NCBI GenBank assembly: GCA_016204255.1
Contig: JACQLA010000003.1
Span: 42,255-106,254, forward strand
Source of the DNA: Candidatus Microgenomates bacterium
GTDB lineage: Bacteria > Patescibacteriota > Microgenomatia > JACQLA01
Direction of reading: 5' to 3'
Length of the DNA stretch: 64,000 nucleotides
The position numbers were made by a program, and so were the translations under genes. Shown here piece after piece: positions 47,701 through 54,168 of the stretch. Each line of letters opens with the position of its first letter. The stretch's first letter is position 1. The notes beneath the pieces are model-generated. The model was not told the DNA's origin. It was given only the letters and a program-made list of their open reading frames with translations, and did no database searches.

Positions 47701-47786
47701 TGAAGATTATCCCAACCGGAAAGCCAGCCGCCAAAGCTGAAGTTTGCCCAAAATAGAGCGATAACTACGAACGGAATTAGAAACAT
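44703..47786 (-). CDS. large polytopic membrane protein, GT-C-like glycosyltransferase candidate with a big extracytoplasmic C-terminal domain
   Basis: 1027 aa. The first ~430 aa have more than 10 TM helices, followed by a soluble domain and a C-terminal TM helix. The architecture resembles PMT/ArnT/AftD-like enzymes, and it is adjacent to a GT4 gene. Confidence 0.45.
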   Translation of the reverse strand: MFLIPFVVIALFWANFSFGGWLSGWDNLHPEFDFRLNIARSLFAVWQEYQGVGLLGGMGYAADLPRQLFLFLLSFTFPDNWLRQIYFFLMLLLGPLGIYFLLSRVIFRGKKIAATAGGLFYLLNLSTIQTFYTPFSAFITHFSFLPWLFLVNILYLKNPNRRNLIAFLAVNFFAIPQSYVPTLFIVYLLSFSILILILFWKIKTIVFFKRALKIFVLTLVINSFWLLPFLYFFFNNAQVTVQSKINQMATEKVYLQNKEFGDISNVLLLKGFWFNNLDFMANRQLDYMLAPWRQHLENPWVVVAGYVIFLIVVLGIVYAFKSKNYYWPVFFAIFLFSFILLANNTLPFSWINDFLRLNLPLFSQTFRFPFTKFSILASFSFAIFFAFGVNWLLSGLDKFSIRIKFTKEIFLISLTALLVFFTLPAFRGELFYQRIRVKIPQSYTDLWDFFRSQDPSGRIANFPQHTFWGWNFYSWGYDGSGFLWYGLKQPILDRAFDVWSRESENYYWEASYALYSKNLDLFEKVLDKYQISWLVLDKNVIYPPSPKALYVDEFISLVKESDRINLVKDFDGVQIYQVASKPINEFVFLIPNPVAVEPVYKWGNYDPAYFENDTYITANELIPDAGNIYYYPFRSLFSGKNQNDLEFRVADQGDHFLFEKNVPGKFKGYMALIPTYNEELPQVEAEDLSKIKYLAPEVQYDGSKISLFIPKVSGYFSAEIDPTQELDVQTPKNCDNFNRGEVKNEIIERDGKKFFRLSAKSASNCSASFWLPNLGHQLSYLITLESENIKGRSPVFWVENLNIRRADTETYLAKNSGIVKSYFIQPPMAKDGLGYSLHFDNTSIGSEESVNDLGRISVSPIPYSFLTNLKLVNSLKTDTATKQFTPKKVEHSNPAAYTVELSPIDKPTTLVLSQSFSNGWQGYAITDSQWGLVNNFKSFLPFVSGQRLTDHVLVNNWENGWILKPGPKQTIILVFWPQYLEYLGFILLIIVPIWFLRRHKSPRQPVLPTDRSGLTPHGGEVKSIYDK

Positions 47787-49062
47787 ATTCCAGCTCCTTT
47801 AAATAAATTTGCGTCAGTTTATTGCTGCTTCTCATTTCGGATAAAATAGCAGAAAATTCTGCATATGTTTGCAGTACTTTTTTGCTCTCGGCCCCTTTTT
47901 GTGTGAGTTTTTCAATTTTTTCCGTAAAAGATGCCGCCGTTAAAGAAAAACAAATCTCATTTATGTTAAGTCCGGACAGATCCAGGGCTTGTTTAAAATC
48001 TCCTGATTCAAAGTAGCGTTTGAGCCGAGTGGACATAATAAATGGTTTTTTAAACGACAATGCCCATGATAATGGACCTGAAGAGGACATAAATGTTCTG
48101 TAGGGAAAAATCACCAAGTCGCAGGCTATAAAATACGCAGAGATACGGTCTTCATCAATAAAACCCGTAATTTCAATCTGTGATGATTTTTTAACTGCTT
48201 TTAAAATCTTTTGATAAAAATTCTGGTAATAAGCTTTTTCCTGTAAAGTTAAGCTCGGGCCGCCGGCAATTATTAATCTTATTTTTTTATCCCTAAATTT
48301 CTTCTCATGTCTTTTTACTTGATTCACGAGCCAATCTGCTCCTTTATACCATGTTACAAAACCGAAATATAAAAGTATAAATTCATTAGTCCCGATTTTA
48401 AGCTCCCTTCGGGCCCGCTGCTTAGTTAATTGGCCGTTTGTGGCAGTAGCAATTGGTAAAACGACGATCTTGTTTTTTGATGCAATCAAAGATAGTCTCC
48501 GCTTTAATTCCTCTTCCAAAACGATGACCCGGTTGCCTGTAAAACAAATCAGGCGATAAAAAATTCCAAGCCCCAAGTTAAAAATCACGTTTGAGGATCG
48601 ACCTTTTTTAAGATTAAGGTGTCCACTTAAGGAATTAACGTCTAAAACCACCTGATGGATTTCTAAAACAATTTTTTTTCCAAAAATTTTTAAAATAAAT
48701 AGAAAAAACGGTAAAAGAAGCGTTCCCGCAATTCCTCCGAACATATTAAATTCGAATTCTAAAAGGACAAGTTTTGCTTTGCTGAATTTGCGAATGGCCG
48801 CAAAAACGTCTTTAAAAAGACTTATATTCCCCCGTCTCCAGACGCGAGCCACTAAAATATTCCCATCGAGGAAAATTTCGGGTTTTTCAATTATTTCTGC
48901 AAAAATTACTATTTTTTTCTCTTTTGCAAGATTTTGAAAGGTTTTTTTGGCGTGCCAGGCCACGGCATTCAATTTTTTGATGCCGGTTTTTTTATCCGGG
49001 TAACTTGAAATTACCAGGACTGTATTTTTATCGTTATATTTTTCTACCAGTTTATTTTTCAT
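47707..49062 (-). CDS. glycosyltransferase family 4 (GT-B, GT1-type)
   Basis: It has a GT-B C-terminal pattern (FGFVTWYKGADWLV..IAGG..EITGFIDED..PYRTFMSSSGP). The start was moved to the ATG at 49062 because the listed N-terminus (FILSVVEGFEMTDK) is translation of a repeat element. Confidence 0.7.
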   Translation of the reverse strand: MKNKLVEKYNDKNTVLVISSYPDKKTGIKKLNAVAWHAKKTFQNLAKEKKIVIFAEIIEKPEIFLDGNILVARVWRRGNISLFKDVFAAIRKFSKAKLVLLEFEFNMFGGIAGTLLLPFFLFILKIFGKKIVLEIHQVVLDVNSLSGHLNLKKGRSSNVIFNLGLGIFYRLICFTGNRVIVLEEELKRRLSLIASKNKIVVLPIATATNGQLTKQRARRELKIGTNEFILLYFGFVTWYKGADWLVNQVKRHEKKFRDKKIRLIIAGGPSLTLQEKAYYQNFYQKILKAVKKSSQIEITGFIDEDRISAYFIACDLVIFPYRTFMSSSGPLSWALSFKKPFIMSTRLKRYFESGDFKQALDLSGLNINEICFSLTAASFTEKIEKLTQKGAESKKVLQTYAEFSAILSEMRSSNKLTQIYLKELEYVSNSVRSYRSILGKLQLWRLAFRLG

Positions 49063-49073
49063 ATTAAATTTAT

Positions 49074-49125
49074 CTGTCATTTCGAACCCTTCGACTACGC
49101 TCAGGATAAACTCCGTCGAGAAATC
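49074..49125. repeat. intergenic repeat element half (GTCATTTCGAA..CCCTTCGACTACGCTCAGG..GAGAAATC)
   Basis: It shares GTCATTTCGAA and GAGAAATC, in the same order and orientation, with the left arm of the element at 54561. Confidence 0.5.
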
Positions 49126-49179
49126 TTTTTTTACCATTTTAAGATCCTCCACGTTGTTCGAGATGATAGATATAAGAGT

Positions 49180-49296
49180 GAAGGGAATAGGGAAGGTCAG
49201 GGAAAAATGAAAGCGTTTTGTCTAAAAAAGACAAAGGTTACAAGCGCTTGCTTGTAAAACGCATTCAATCTTTCCGATTGACCTTCCCTTCCTTTC
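49180..49296. repeat. about 117-nt nested inverted-repeat structure (three-way-junction-like); ncRNA or recombination site candidate
   Basis: The outer stem is GGGAAGGTCA (49190-49199) with TGACCTTCCC (49279-49288). The middle stem is GCGTTTT (49213-49219) with AAAACGC (49256-49262). Two inner hairpins are TTGTC-TAAAAAA-GACAA and ACAAGC-GCTT-GCTTGT. Confidence 0.5.
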
Positions 49297-49356
49297 GGGG
49301 GCGTGTGTGCTAGGTTACTACCTCAGTATTCTGTTGTCTCATATTCAGTTGTGAGA

Positions 49357-50754
49357 TTACCTTGGTCTGAGAGTCGCGCCGACAACCTTGATGGAAACTG
49401 GCCCATTAGTTCTAGGAATAGTATTGCTACCATCCCAGCCCTCGATCCAAGCAAAGCTCGGAACGTTTAGGGTAATGGGATTACCATCGCGTAGATGCCA
49501 GCAGAGAACTTCTCCGGTGCAACCTTCCCAACGACTTGCGTCACCTCCAAACACTGATGATGCAGCTTGTGCATTAGCAGGCCAAGTTGATGACGTAGAA
49601 GTCGGTGTTGCCGCCACAGAGGTGGGTGTTGTTCCAGGAGTAGTTCCCGAACCAACTCGAACAGTCGCGCCTGACACGTTGATGGTCGCAGGACCAGTGC
49701 CATTGACTTTCTTCGAGCCGTCCCAACCCTCAAAGGTGAATCCTTGTGGGATAGTCACTGGAATGATGTTGCCATCCTTGACATGAACTGTCTTATCCAG
49801 TGGTTCTCCCGGTGCGGATTCTAACCTTGAAGTAGGTACACCCAGTCTCTTAGACCAGTCATCCAATCCGGATGATGTTTGAGTCGGTGTTGCCGCCACA
49901 GAGGTGGGTGTTGTTCCAGGAGTTCCGGGAACAGAACGTACAGTGCCACCTGCCAGGTTAACAGTCGCGGGACCGTTACCTTTTACAGTTTTACTGCCAT
50001 CCCATCCTTCAAAGGAAAAACCTGCCGGAATTGTCACCGAGATAACGTTGCCGTCCTTGATATGAACAGCGGTATCCAGTGATTCTCCAGGCGCAGCTTC
50101 CAATCGATTAATCGGGACTCCAAGTCTCTTAGACCAAGTGTCCAGACCAGTCGATGGCGATGTAGTTGCAGTAGGCGTTGCTGCGGGTCGCGTTGCAGTC
50201 GCAGCAGGCGATTGCGCCGGTGAACCTGTCGCAGTCGGCGAGGTGCTTGTCGACGGGAGCTCTTTTAGAAGCTGAGGCGGCGAAACACGCTGATCCCACA
50301 CTTGAATGTGTAGTCCAGGATTTCGATCCTCTTTCTCGTCAGCAATACGCATCGCGACTTGAACCGGATCCGGACACACAGCATACCATGTGCCTTGAAG
50401 GTACCTCTGCTCAACCACGTGGGTTAGGAAAACCAGAAACACGTGCGGTCCGCCTCGCTGAAGTTGACCATCAAAGATGATCCCAGACCATCCTTGTGGC
50501 GCAACTAAATCTCGAGCGATAAACGTACCGTCAGACTGCCATTCACCTTGCGGCGTGATCATCGTACTCTCTTGAGTACAGGCCGTAGGTGTTGCGCCGC
50601 CGCCAGCATTAAATGCTCGAAAACCGGAAGTGCCGGGCGGTGCAGACGTTGCGTTTGCAACCATGTTGTAGCCGATGAGTACTCCTATCAAAGCAAGTAC
50701 TGCAATGATGAGCACCCACCATTTGGAGATCTCAACCGATAGTTTGGGTTTCAC
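49357..50754 (-). CDS. membrane-anchored surface protein with P/T-rich linkers and three copies of an unrecognised ~70-aa domain
   Basis: GTG start with the SD AGGAGAGGATAAA. It has an N-terminal TM helix and two 94-aa tandem units (GLD[TD]WSKRLGVP..H[IV]KDGN[VI]I[SP]VTIP.GF[ST]FEGWDGSK..) plus a diverged third copy (..LRDGNPITLNVPSFAWIEGWDGSN..). Confidence 0.6.
   Translation of the reverse strand: MKPKLSVEISKWWVLIIAVLALIGVLIGYNMVANATSAPPGTSGFRAFNAGGGATPTACTQESTMITPQGEWQSDGTFIARDLVAPQGWSGIIFDGQLQRGGPHVFLVFLTHVVEQRYLQGTWYAVCPDPVQVAMRIADEKEDRNPGLHIQVWDQRVSPPQLLKELPSTSTSPTATGSPAQSPAATATRPAATPTATTSPSTGLDTWSKRLGVPINRLEAAPGESLDTAVHIKDGNVISVTIPAGFSFEGWDGSKTVKGNGPATVNLAGGTVRSVPGTPGTTPTSVAATPTQTSSGLDDWSKRLGVPTSRLESAPGEPLDKTVHVKDGNIIPVTIPQGFTFEGWDGSKKVNGTGPATINVSGATVRVGSGTTPGTTPTSVAATPTSTSSTWPANAQAASSVFGGDASRWEGCTGEVLCWHLRDGNPITLNVPSFAWIEGWDGSNTIPRTNGPVSIKVVGATLRPR
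49601..50164. repeat. tandem 282-bp (94-codon) intragenic repeat, two units
   Basis: An exact 41-mer, GTCGGTGTTGCCGCCACAGAGGTGGGTGTTGTTCCAGGAGT, occurs at 49601-49641 and 49883-49923. The remainder of each unit is diverged but alignable. Confidence 0.8.
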
Positions 50755-50867
50755 TTTATCCTCTCCTATAAGAGTCTTTCCGAATCGATTAACCGCCCCC
50801 GAGCTGTTTTCCTCCTTTACTAGAATAGTCTCAAGAATTGTATGGTGTTGTGAACCATCGCCAGCTT

Positions 50868-51038
50868 TTAGCAGTCATTAGCGAAGACGGCCTCAGGTTT
50901 CCTGTTCTTGCGGGATCGCGGCTTGGTAAGCGTGTCCACGGTCAGGTAGACGAAGGACAGCGCCGCCAAGGCTCGCACGATATTCAGGGCCGAAGCGTAC
51001 CGTTTTGCAAACTTCGCAACCTTCAGTAAACTTAGCAT
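50868..51038 (-). CDS. mini-ORF, 56 aa, basic/amphipathic (MLSLLKVAKFAKRYASALNIVRALAALSFVYLTVDTLTKPRSRKNRKPEAVFANDC)
   Basis: Hand-translated because it is below the 60-aa cutoff of the track. The SD is GGAAGAAGGAAATG. Its ATG overlaps the upstream stop (ATGCTAA). Confidence 0.35.
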   Translation of the reverse strand: MLSLLKVAKFAKRYASALNIVRALAALSFVYLTVDTLTKPRSRKNRKPEAVFANDC

Positions 51039-51193
51039 TTCCTTCTTCCTTTCCTTTTGTTGATTTGCTTTCGCCGATTGAAATTGTTACCGATTCTTTG
51101 GCCTTGCATCCATCCGATACATAGCGCTAATCTCTCTTGTCGTGATTGTTCCACACGGAAAGGCGGGTTATCGTGATGCCTACGTCTGTACAT
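51032..51193 (-). CDS. mini-ORF, 53 aa, highly basic (MYRRRHHDNPPFRVEQSRQERLALCIGWMQGQRIGNNFNRRKQINKRKGRRKC)
   Basis: Hand-translated. AGGAAGGAAGG lies 7 nt upstream of the ATG. Confidence 0.3.
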   Translation of the reverse strand: MYRRRHHDNPPFRVEQSRQERLALCIGWMQGQRIGNNFNRRKQINKRKGRRKC

Positions 51194-51240
51194 CGCCGTG
51201 CCTTCCTTCCTTATAGTATTGGAACGGAAGTGCTATTCGA

Positions 51241-51327
51241 TTATCTGATTCTCTGTTCCACCTCCACATAAATCTTGAGTTCTGCTCTTAACCTTGGCCT
51301 TGGCTTGGGTTTTGGTCCAAATGACAT
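51241..51327 (-). CDS. mini-ORF, 28 aa, basic (MSFGPKPKPRPRLRAELKIYVEVEQRIR)
   Basis: Hand-translated. The SD is GAGGAGGAAAGCT-ATG. Confidence 0.3.
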   Translation of the reverse strand: MSFGPKPKPRPRLRAELKIYVEVEQRIR

Positions 51328-51348
51328 AGCTTTCCTCCTCAGTTCTTT

Positions 51349-51654
51349 CTATTGGAAAATCATTAGATACAGCCAGAGAGTGCCAGATGCGACAAACACC
51401 ATAATAGGTGCTATGACTACTGGCAGTTTCCAATCGGACCTGCTTCTAAAGACTATCCCAGCTAGTATCCCGGAGGTGAAGAACAGCGAAAATGATGCTG
51501 GATGGAAGACGGCCCAGATCAAGGCGAAAAGTACTATTAAAAATAGTACAAGAAGCCAAGCTTCGTCTTCGTACGACCTGAACCACATCACTCCGGAAAG
51601 TATAGCCAAAAACACAGTGACGTACGGCACCAACTCAACAAGATCCAGAGACAT
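51349..51654 (-). CDS. small membrane protein (102 aa, about 4 TM helices)
   Basis: The internal ATG at 51654 has the SD AGGAGGAAGGAA-ATG. The listed start at 51708 lacks one. Confidence 0.55.
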   Translation of the reverse strand: MSLDLVELVPYVTVFLAILSGVMWFRSYEDEAWLLVLFLIVLFALIWAVFHPASFSLFFTSGILAGIVFRSRSDWKLPVVIAPIMVFVASGTLWLYLMIFQ

Positions 51655-51737
51655 TTCCTTCCTCCTAATAACTATTGTTTCAGCCGAGCGCGAGACCGAA
51701 TAATCCAATCTTTTTCTCCCTCCTAGAAGGACGTCGT

Positions 51738-52136
51738 TTAGCGAGGTACAACAACTGTCGCAGATGGTAATGATGGTGGTGTGGTTTGTGCGGTCGCTGT
51801 CGCGGTTGGCGGTGAACTAACTGTTCGTGCATCTTCGAAAAAGCTATGGAGAGTAAACTCCATATATGCGCCCAAGAAGATAAGCACGATCACCACTACC
51901 GTCGCGATCTTACCGATCCATGCAAACACCTGATTCGCTTTCGACATTTTTGGTTCCTCCTCTTGATCTTTTGTTTTAAAGAACACTTTTGCCTCCCTAT
52001 GATTTTTATTGGTAGACCTACGCGAACTTATCTTTCTCGCAAAATGATAAGTTATCAAGCCTATCACAATTAAAACCAAGACTGCTGATCCTGCAATTGT
52101 GATTACCGTTATCGTACTGCTTGCTGCATCCGACAT
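51738..52136 (-). CDS. small membrane protein (132 aa, 2 TM helices, P/T-rich C-terminal tail)
   Basis: The SD is GGGAGGAGGAAG-ATG. A second internal SD plus ATG (MSKANQ..) is also present. The tail SSPPTATATAQTTPPSLPSAT resembles the linkers of the 465-aa protein. Confidence 0.5.
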   Translation of the reverse strand: MSDAASSTITVITIAGSAVLVLIVIGLITYHFARKISSRRSTNKNHREAKVFFKTKDQEEEPKMSKANQVFAWIGKIATVVVIVLIFLGAYMEFTLHSFFEDARTVSSPPTATATAQTTPPSLPSATVVVPR

Positions 52137-52152
52137 CTTCCTCCTCCCATTG

Positions 52153-52350
52153 TCAGACTCCTGTGATTAGAGCATCTCCTCTGAGAACGATCGCGATGAT
52201 GAGTAGACTAACAAGCATCGTGATTAAGCTGTATTTTCTGTACGAATTATCGTGGAAAAACGTTCCCCCGAAAAAGAACAGAAAAAAGCTTATCACAAAC
52301 AGCATTGCTGCCAATCCTGCAAACACTGACATCACTTGTACCATTTTCAT
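52153..52350 (-). CDS. small membrane protein (about 63-65 aa, 2 TM helices)
   Basis: GGAGTAGGAGG precedes the ATG-AAA-ATG. The second ATG (52344) has the better SD spacing. Confidence 0.55.
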   Translation of the reverse strand: MKMVQVMSVFAGLAAMLFVISFFLFFFGGTFFHDNSYRKYSLITMLVSLLIIAIVLRGDALITGV

Positions 52351-52354
52351 CCTC

Positions 52355-52546
52355 CTACTCCTCGGGAACTAGTAGCCATATGCCCACAAAGAGCATGAAT
52401 GCTAATAGTAAAACCACAAGCAGGGCCGACCAGACCGAAGGGAAATGTTTGCCAGTGCGACCTGAGAAACGATAGTCATAGACTATCAGACCTATCCCGA
52501 TCAGCACTATTGCGATTGCGGTGATTGACGCCCATAGAACTTTCAT
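52355..52546 (-). CDS. small membrane protein (63 aa, 2 TM helices)
   Basis: The SD-like AGAGGGGA lies upstream. The product is a hydrophobic hairpin. Confidence 0.55.
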   Translation of the reverse strand: MKVLWASITAIAIVLIGIGLIVYDYRFSGRTGKHFPSVWSALLVVLLLAFMLFVGIWLLVPEE

Positions 52547-52772
52547 TCCGGATCCCCTCTTTAACTTTCAACACAGTGGTAAGGACTAAGTACAACGATG
52601 TCGCCATGAGTGGCACGCCAATTCCCAGGAAATAGAGAAAAAGCACAACGGCTTTTCCCAAATCCGGGTCCGGCCAATACCATTCATCGACCAGTTTTGC
52701 CGCAACAGTTACGTAAACTGCCGCCAGACTTATTAAGCCCATCAGCCAAAGCCTTAAATTCGCCGACATCAC
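52476..52772 (-). CDS. small membrane protein (98 aa, 2-3 TM helices, hydrophilic tail)
   Basis: Its ATG overlaps the upstream stop (ATGA at 52769-52772). Its 3' 71 nt overlap the next ORF out of frame. Confidence 0.45.
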   Translation of the reverse strand: MMSANLRLWLMGLISLAAVYVTVAAKLVDEWYWPDPDLGKAVVLFLYFLGIGVPLMATSLYLVLTTVLKVKEGIRNESSMGVNHRNRNSADRDRSDSL

Positions 52773-52969
52773 GCTTTCTCACTTTCTCTATCGCCACCAA
52801 AAAGCGCATGCTCGATTTTATCCGTAATCGACCGCAAAATCGTTCCGGCAAATACAGCACCTGCAATCGCGTTGCTGGCTGTGGTTACCTCAAGTAAAAA
52901 GTTTCCCACGAAGATTGCGATGATTACACCAATAGCACATACTGCAATTGATATAATTTGCCTCTTCAT
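52769..52969 (-). CDS. small membrane protein (66 aa)
   Basis: Two hydrophobic segments, inside the co-oriented operon. Confidence 0.5.
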   Translation of the reverse strand: MKRQIISIAVCAIGVIIAIFVGNFLLEVTTASNAIAGAVFAGTILRSITDKIEHALFGGDRESEKA

Positions 52970-52987
52970 CTTTCGATTCCTTTCTTT

Positions 52988-53161
52988 CTAGGAAGTTATT
53001 CGTTTGACCATGAACCATAGTGCCAAGATGGTAATGAATGTCAAAGTCATTACGATTGCCTGTTTTAGGAAAGATACCCGTTTGCTATATAAAATAAGCA
53101 TCACGATGGAACCTCCCACCATAGCAGCAATCGTTAATACCAACTGTACATCGGGATCCAT
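52988..53161 (-). CDS. small membrane protein (57 aa, 2 TM helices; MDPDVQLVLTIAAMVGGSIVMLILYSKRVSFLKQAIVMTLTFITILALWFMVKRITS)
   Basis: Hand-translated because it is below the cutoff. The SD is GGGGGAGGAATAA-ATG. It is a paralog of the upstream 64-aa ORF. Confidence 0.5.
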   Translation of the reverse strand: MDPDVQLVLTIAAMVGGSIVMLILYSKRVSFLKQAIVMTLTFITILALWFMVKRITS

Positions 53162-53173
53162 TTATTCCTCCCC

Positions 53174-53368
53174 CTAGGATATTACTCGCTTGACCAATTC
53201 CCATAAGGCCACCATCACAAGGATATGCAGCTCTAAAACTAATGCTTGTTTTAGCTGGTGTGCTTTTTGAATTTGCGTAAAACGCAAAATTAAAACCGCA
53301 CTTGCAACAGTCGCAAGCATTATCAGCAACTGCAACGCAATAACAACGAATCCGTTTGCCGTGTCCAT
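53174..53368 (-). CDS. small membrane protein (64 aa, 2 TM helices)
   Basis: The internal ATG at 53368 has the SD GGGAGGAAAGAA-ATG. It shares MD.., LKQA and ALW..VKR.[IT]S with the next ORF. Confidence 0.5.
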   Translation of the reverse strand: MDTANGFVVIALQLLIMLATVASAVLILRFTQIQKAHQLKQALVLELHILVMVALWELVKRVIS

Positions 53369-53385
53369 TTCTTTCCTCCCAGGAT

Positions 53386-53472
53386 CTACTTCACTTTGTC
53401 TATCAGGACAAGCAAAGCGAACGTCAGCGCGCATATAATGACATATATCAATGGTGTCAGTTTAATCTTCAC
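53386..53472 (-). CDS. mini-ORF, 28 aa, single TM helix (VKIKLTPLIYVIICALTFALLVLIDKVK), GTG start
   Basis: Hand-translated. GAGGTGA lies 7 nt upstream of the GTG. It exactly fills the gap between its neighbours. Confidence 0.25.
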   Translation of the reverse strand: MKIKLTPLIYVIICALTFALLVLIDKVK

Positions 53473-53492
53473 GCCTTTTTCACCTCGTTTGA

Positions 53493-53630
53493 CTAGCGAG
53501 TACGAAATTCACTAGTTACATTTGGACTGAGCTCCACTTGACTCGTATCGACTCCTGCTAAAAGGATACTAAGTATCACAATTAAAAGGAGAGCGATAAA
53601 GATAGTAGCGAACTTCAGCTTAGGATTCAT
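53493..53630 (-). CDS. mini-ORF, 45 aa, single TM helix (MNPKLKFATIFIALLLIVILSILLAGVDTSQVELSPNVTSEFRTR)
   Basis: Hand-translated. Its ATG overlaps the upstream stop (ATGA at 53627-53630). Confidence 0.4.
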   Translation of the reverse strand: MNPKLKFATIFIALLLIVILSILLAGVDTSQVELSPNVTSEFRTR

Positions 53631-53920
53631 TTTTTTCTCCCTTTTGCCTGGATTACGAGCCATGCTGAACCGACCGGGCCAAGCACCATAATTTCAATGA
53701 CAAGAAGGCTCAGTACGGCTTTCATGATCATATCCACTTCAAGTCCCGCCATCACGATGACGATAGGAAATACGGCTCCGAACAGAACAGAGATAAGGCC
53801 TAAAAGTAGAGCCTTCTCACCTAAATCCCGTTCGTGATACCAAAAAAACGCTGTGCCCGTATTGACCATTAATAATCCGGCCAATAGAAGGAAGCTTCCA
53901 ACGAATGATGCAGCCAACAT
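53627..53920 (-). CDS. small membrane protein (97 aa, about 3 TM helices)
   Basis: The SD is AAGGAGAGAAAAAA-ATG. Confidence 0.55.
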   Translation of the reverse strand: MLAASFVGSFLLLAGLLMVNTGTAFFWYHERDLGEKALLLGLISVLFGAVFPIVIVMAGLEVDMIMKAVLSLLVIEIMVLGPVGSAWLVIQAKGRKK

Positions 53921-53943
53921 TTTTTTCTCTCCTTTTCTACTAC

Positions 53944-54141
53944 TTACTGGGAGCCAGTAATAAACCGTGTGATTAGAAGCGCAAGACCCCCAATCACAAG
54001 AGATACTGATCCAGCGTATAACCCTGTAAGAGTAATTACCGTGCCAGTTTCCCCGAGAAACTCGTAGCCTTTAGTTAGTATCCCAATGACACCAACTGGA
54101 AAAAGCACTACCCCGACTATGAAAAGGACCAACCAAAACAT
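53944..54141 (-). CDS. small membrane protein (65 aa, 2 TM helices)
   Basis: The SD is GAGGAGGAAAAATCA-ATG. Confidence 0.55.
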   Translation of the reverse strand: MFWLVLFIVGVVLFPVGVIGILTKGYEFLGETGTVITLTGLYAGSVSLVIGGLALLITRFITGSQ

Positions 54142-54168
54142 TGATTTTTCCTCCTCTTGCTGGCTAAC

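Noticed and set aside
49063-49152. GT4 N-terminal extension MEDLKMVKKDFSTEFILSVVEGFEMTDKFN.
   Set aside because: It is a translation of the repeat element at 49074-49125. The GT4 domain starts at MKNKLVEKY (49062).
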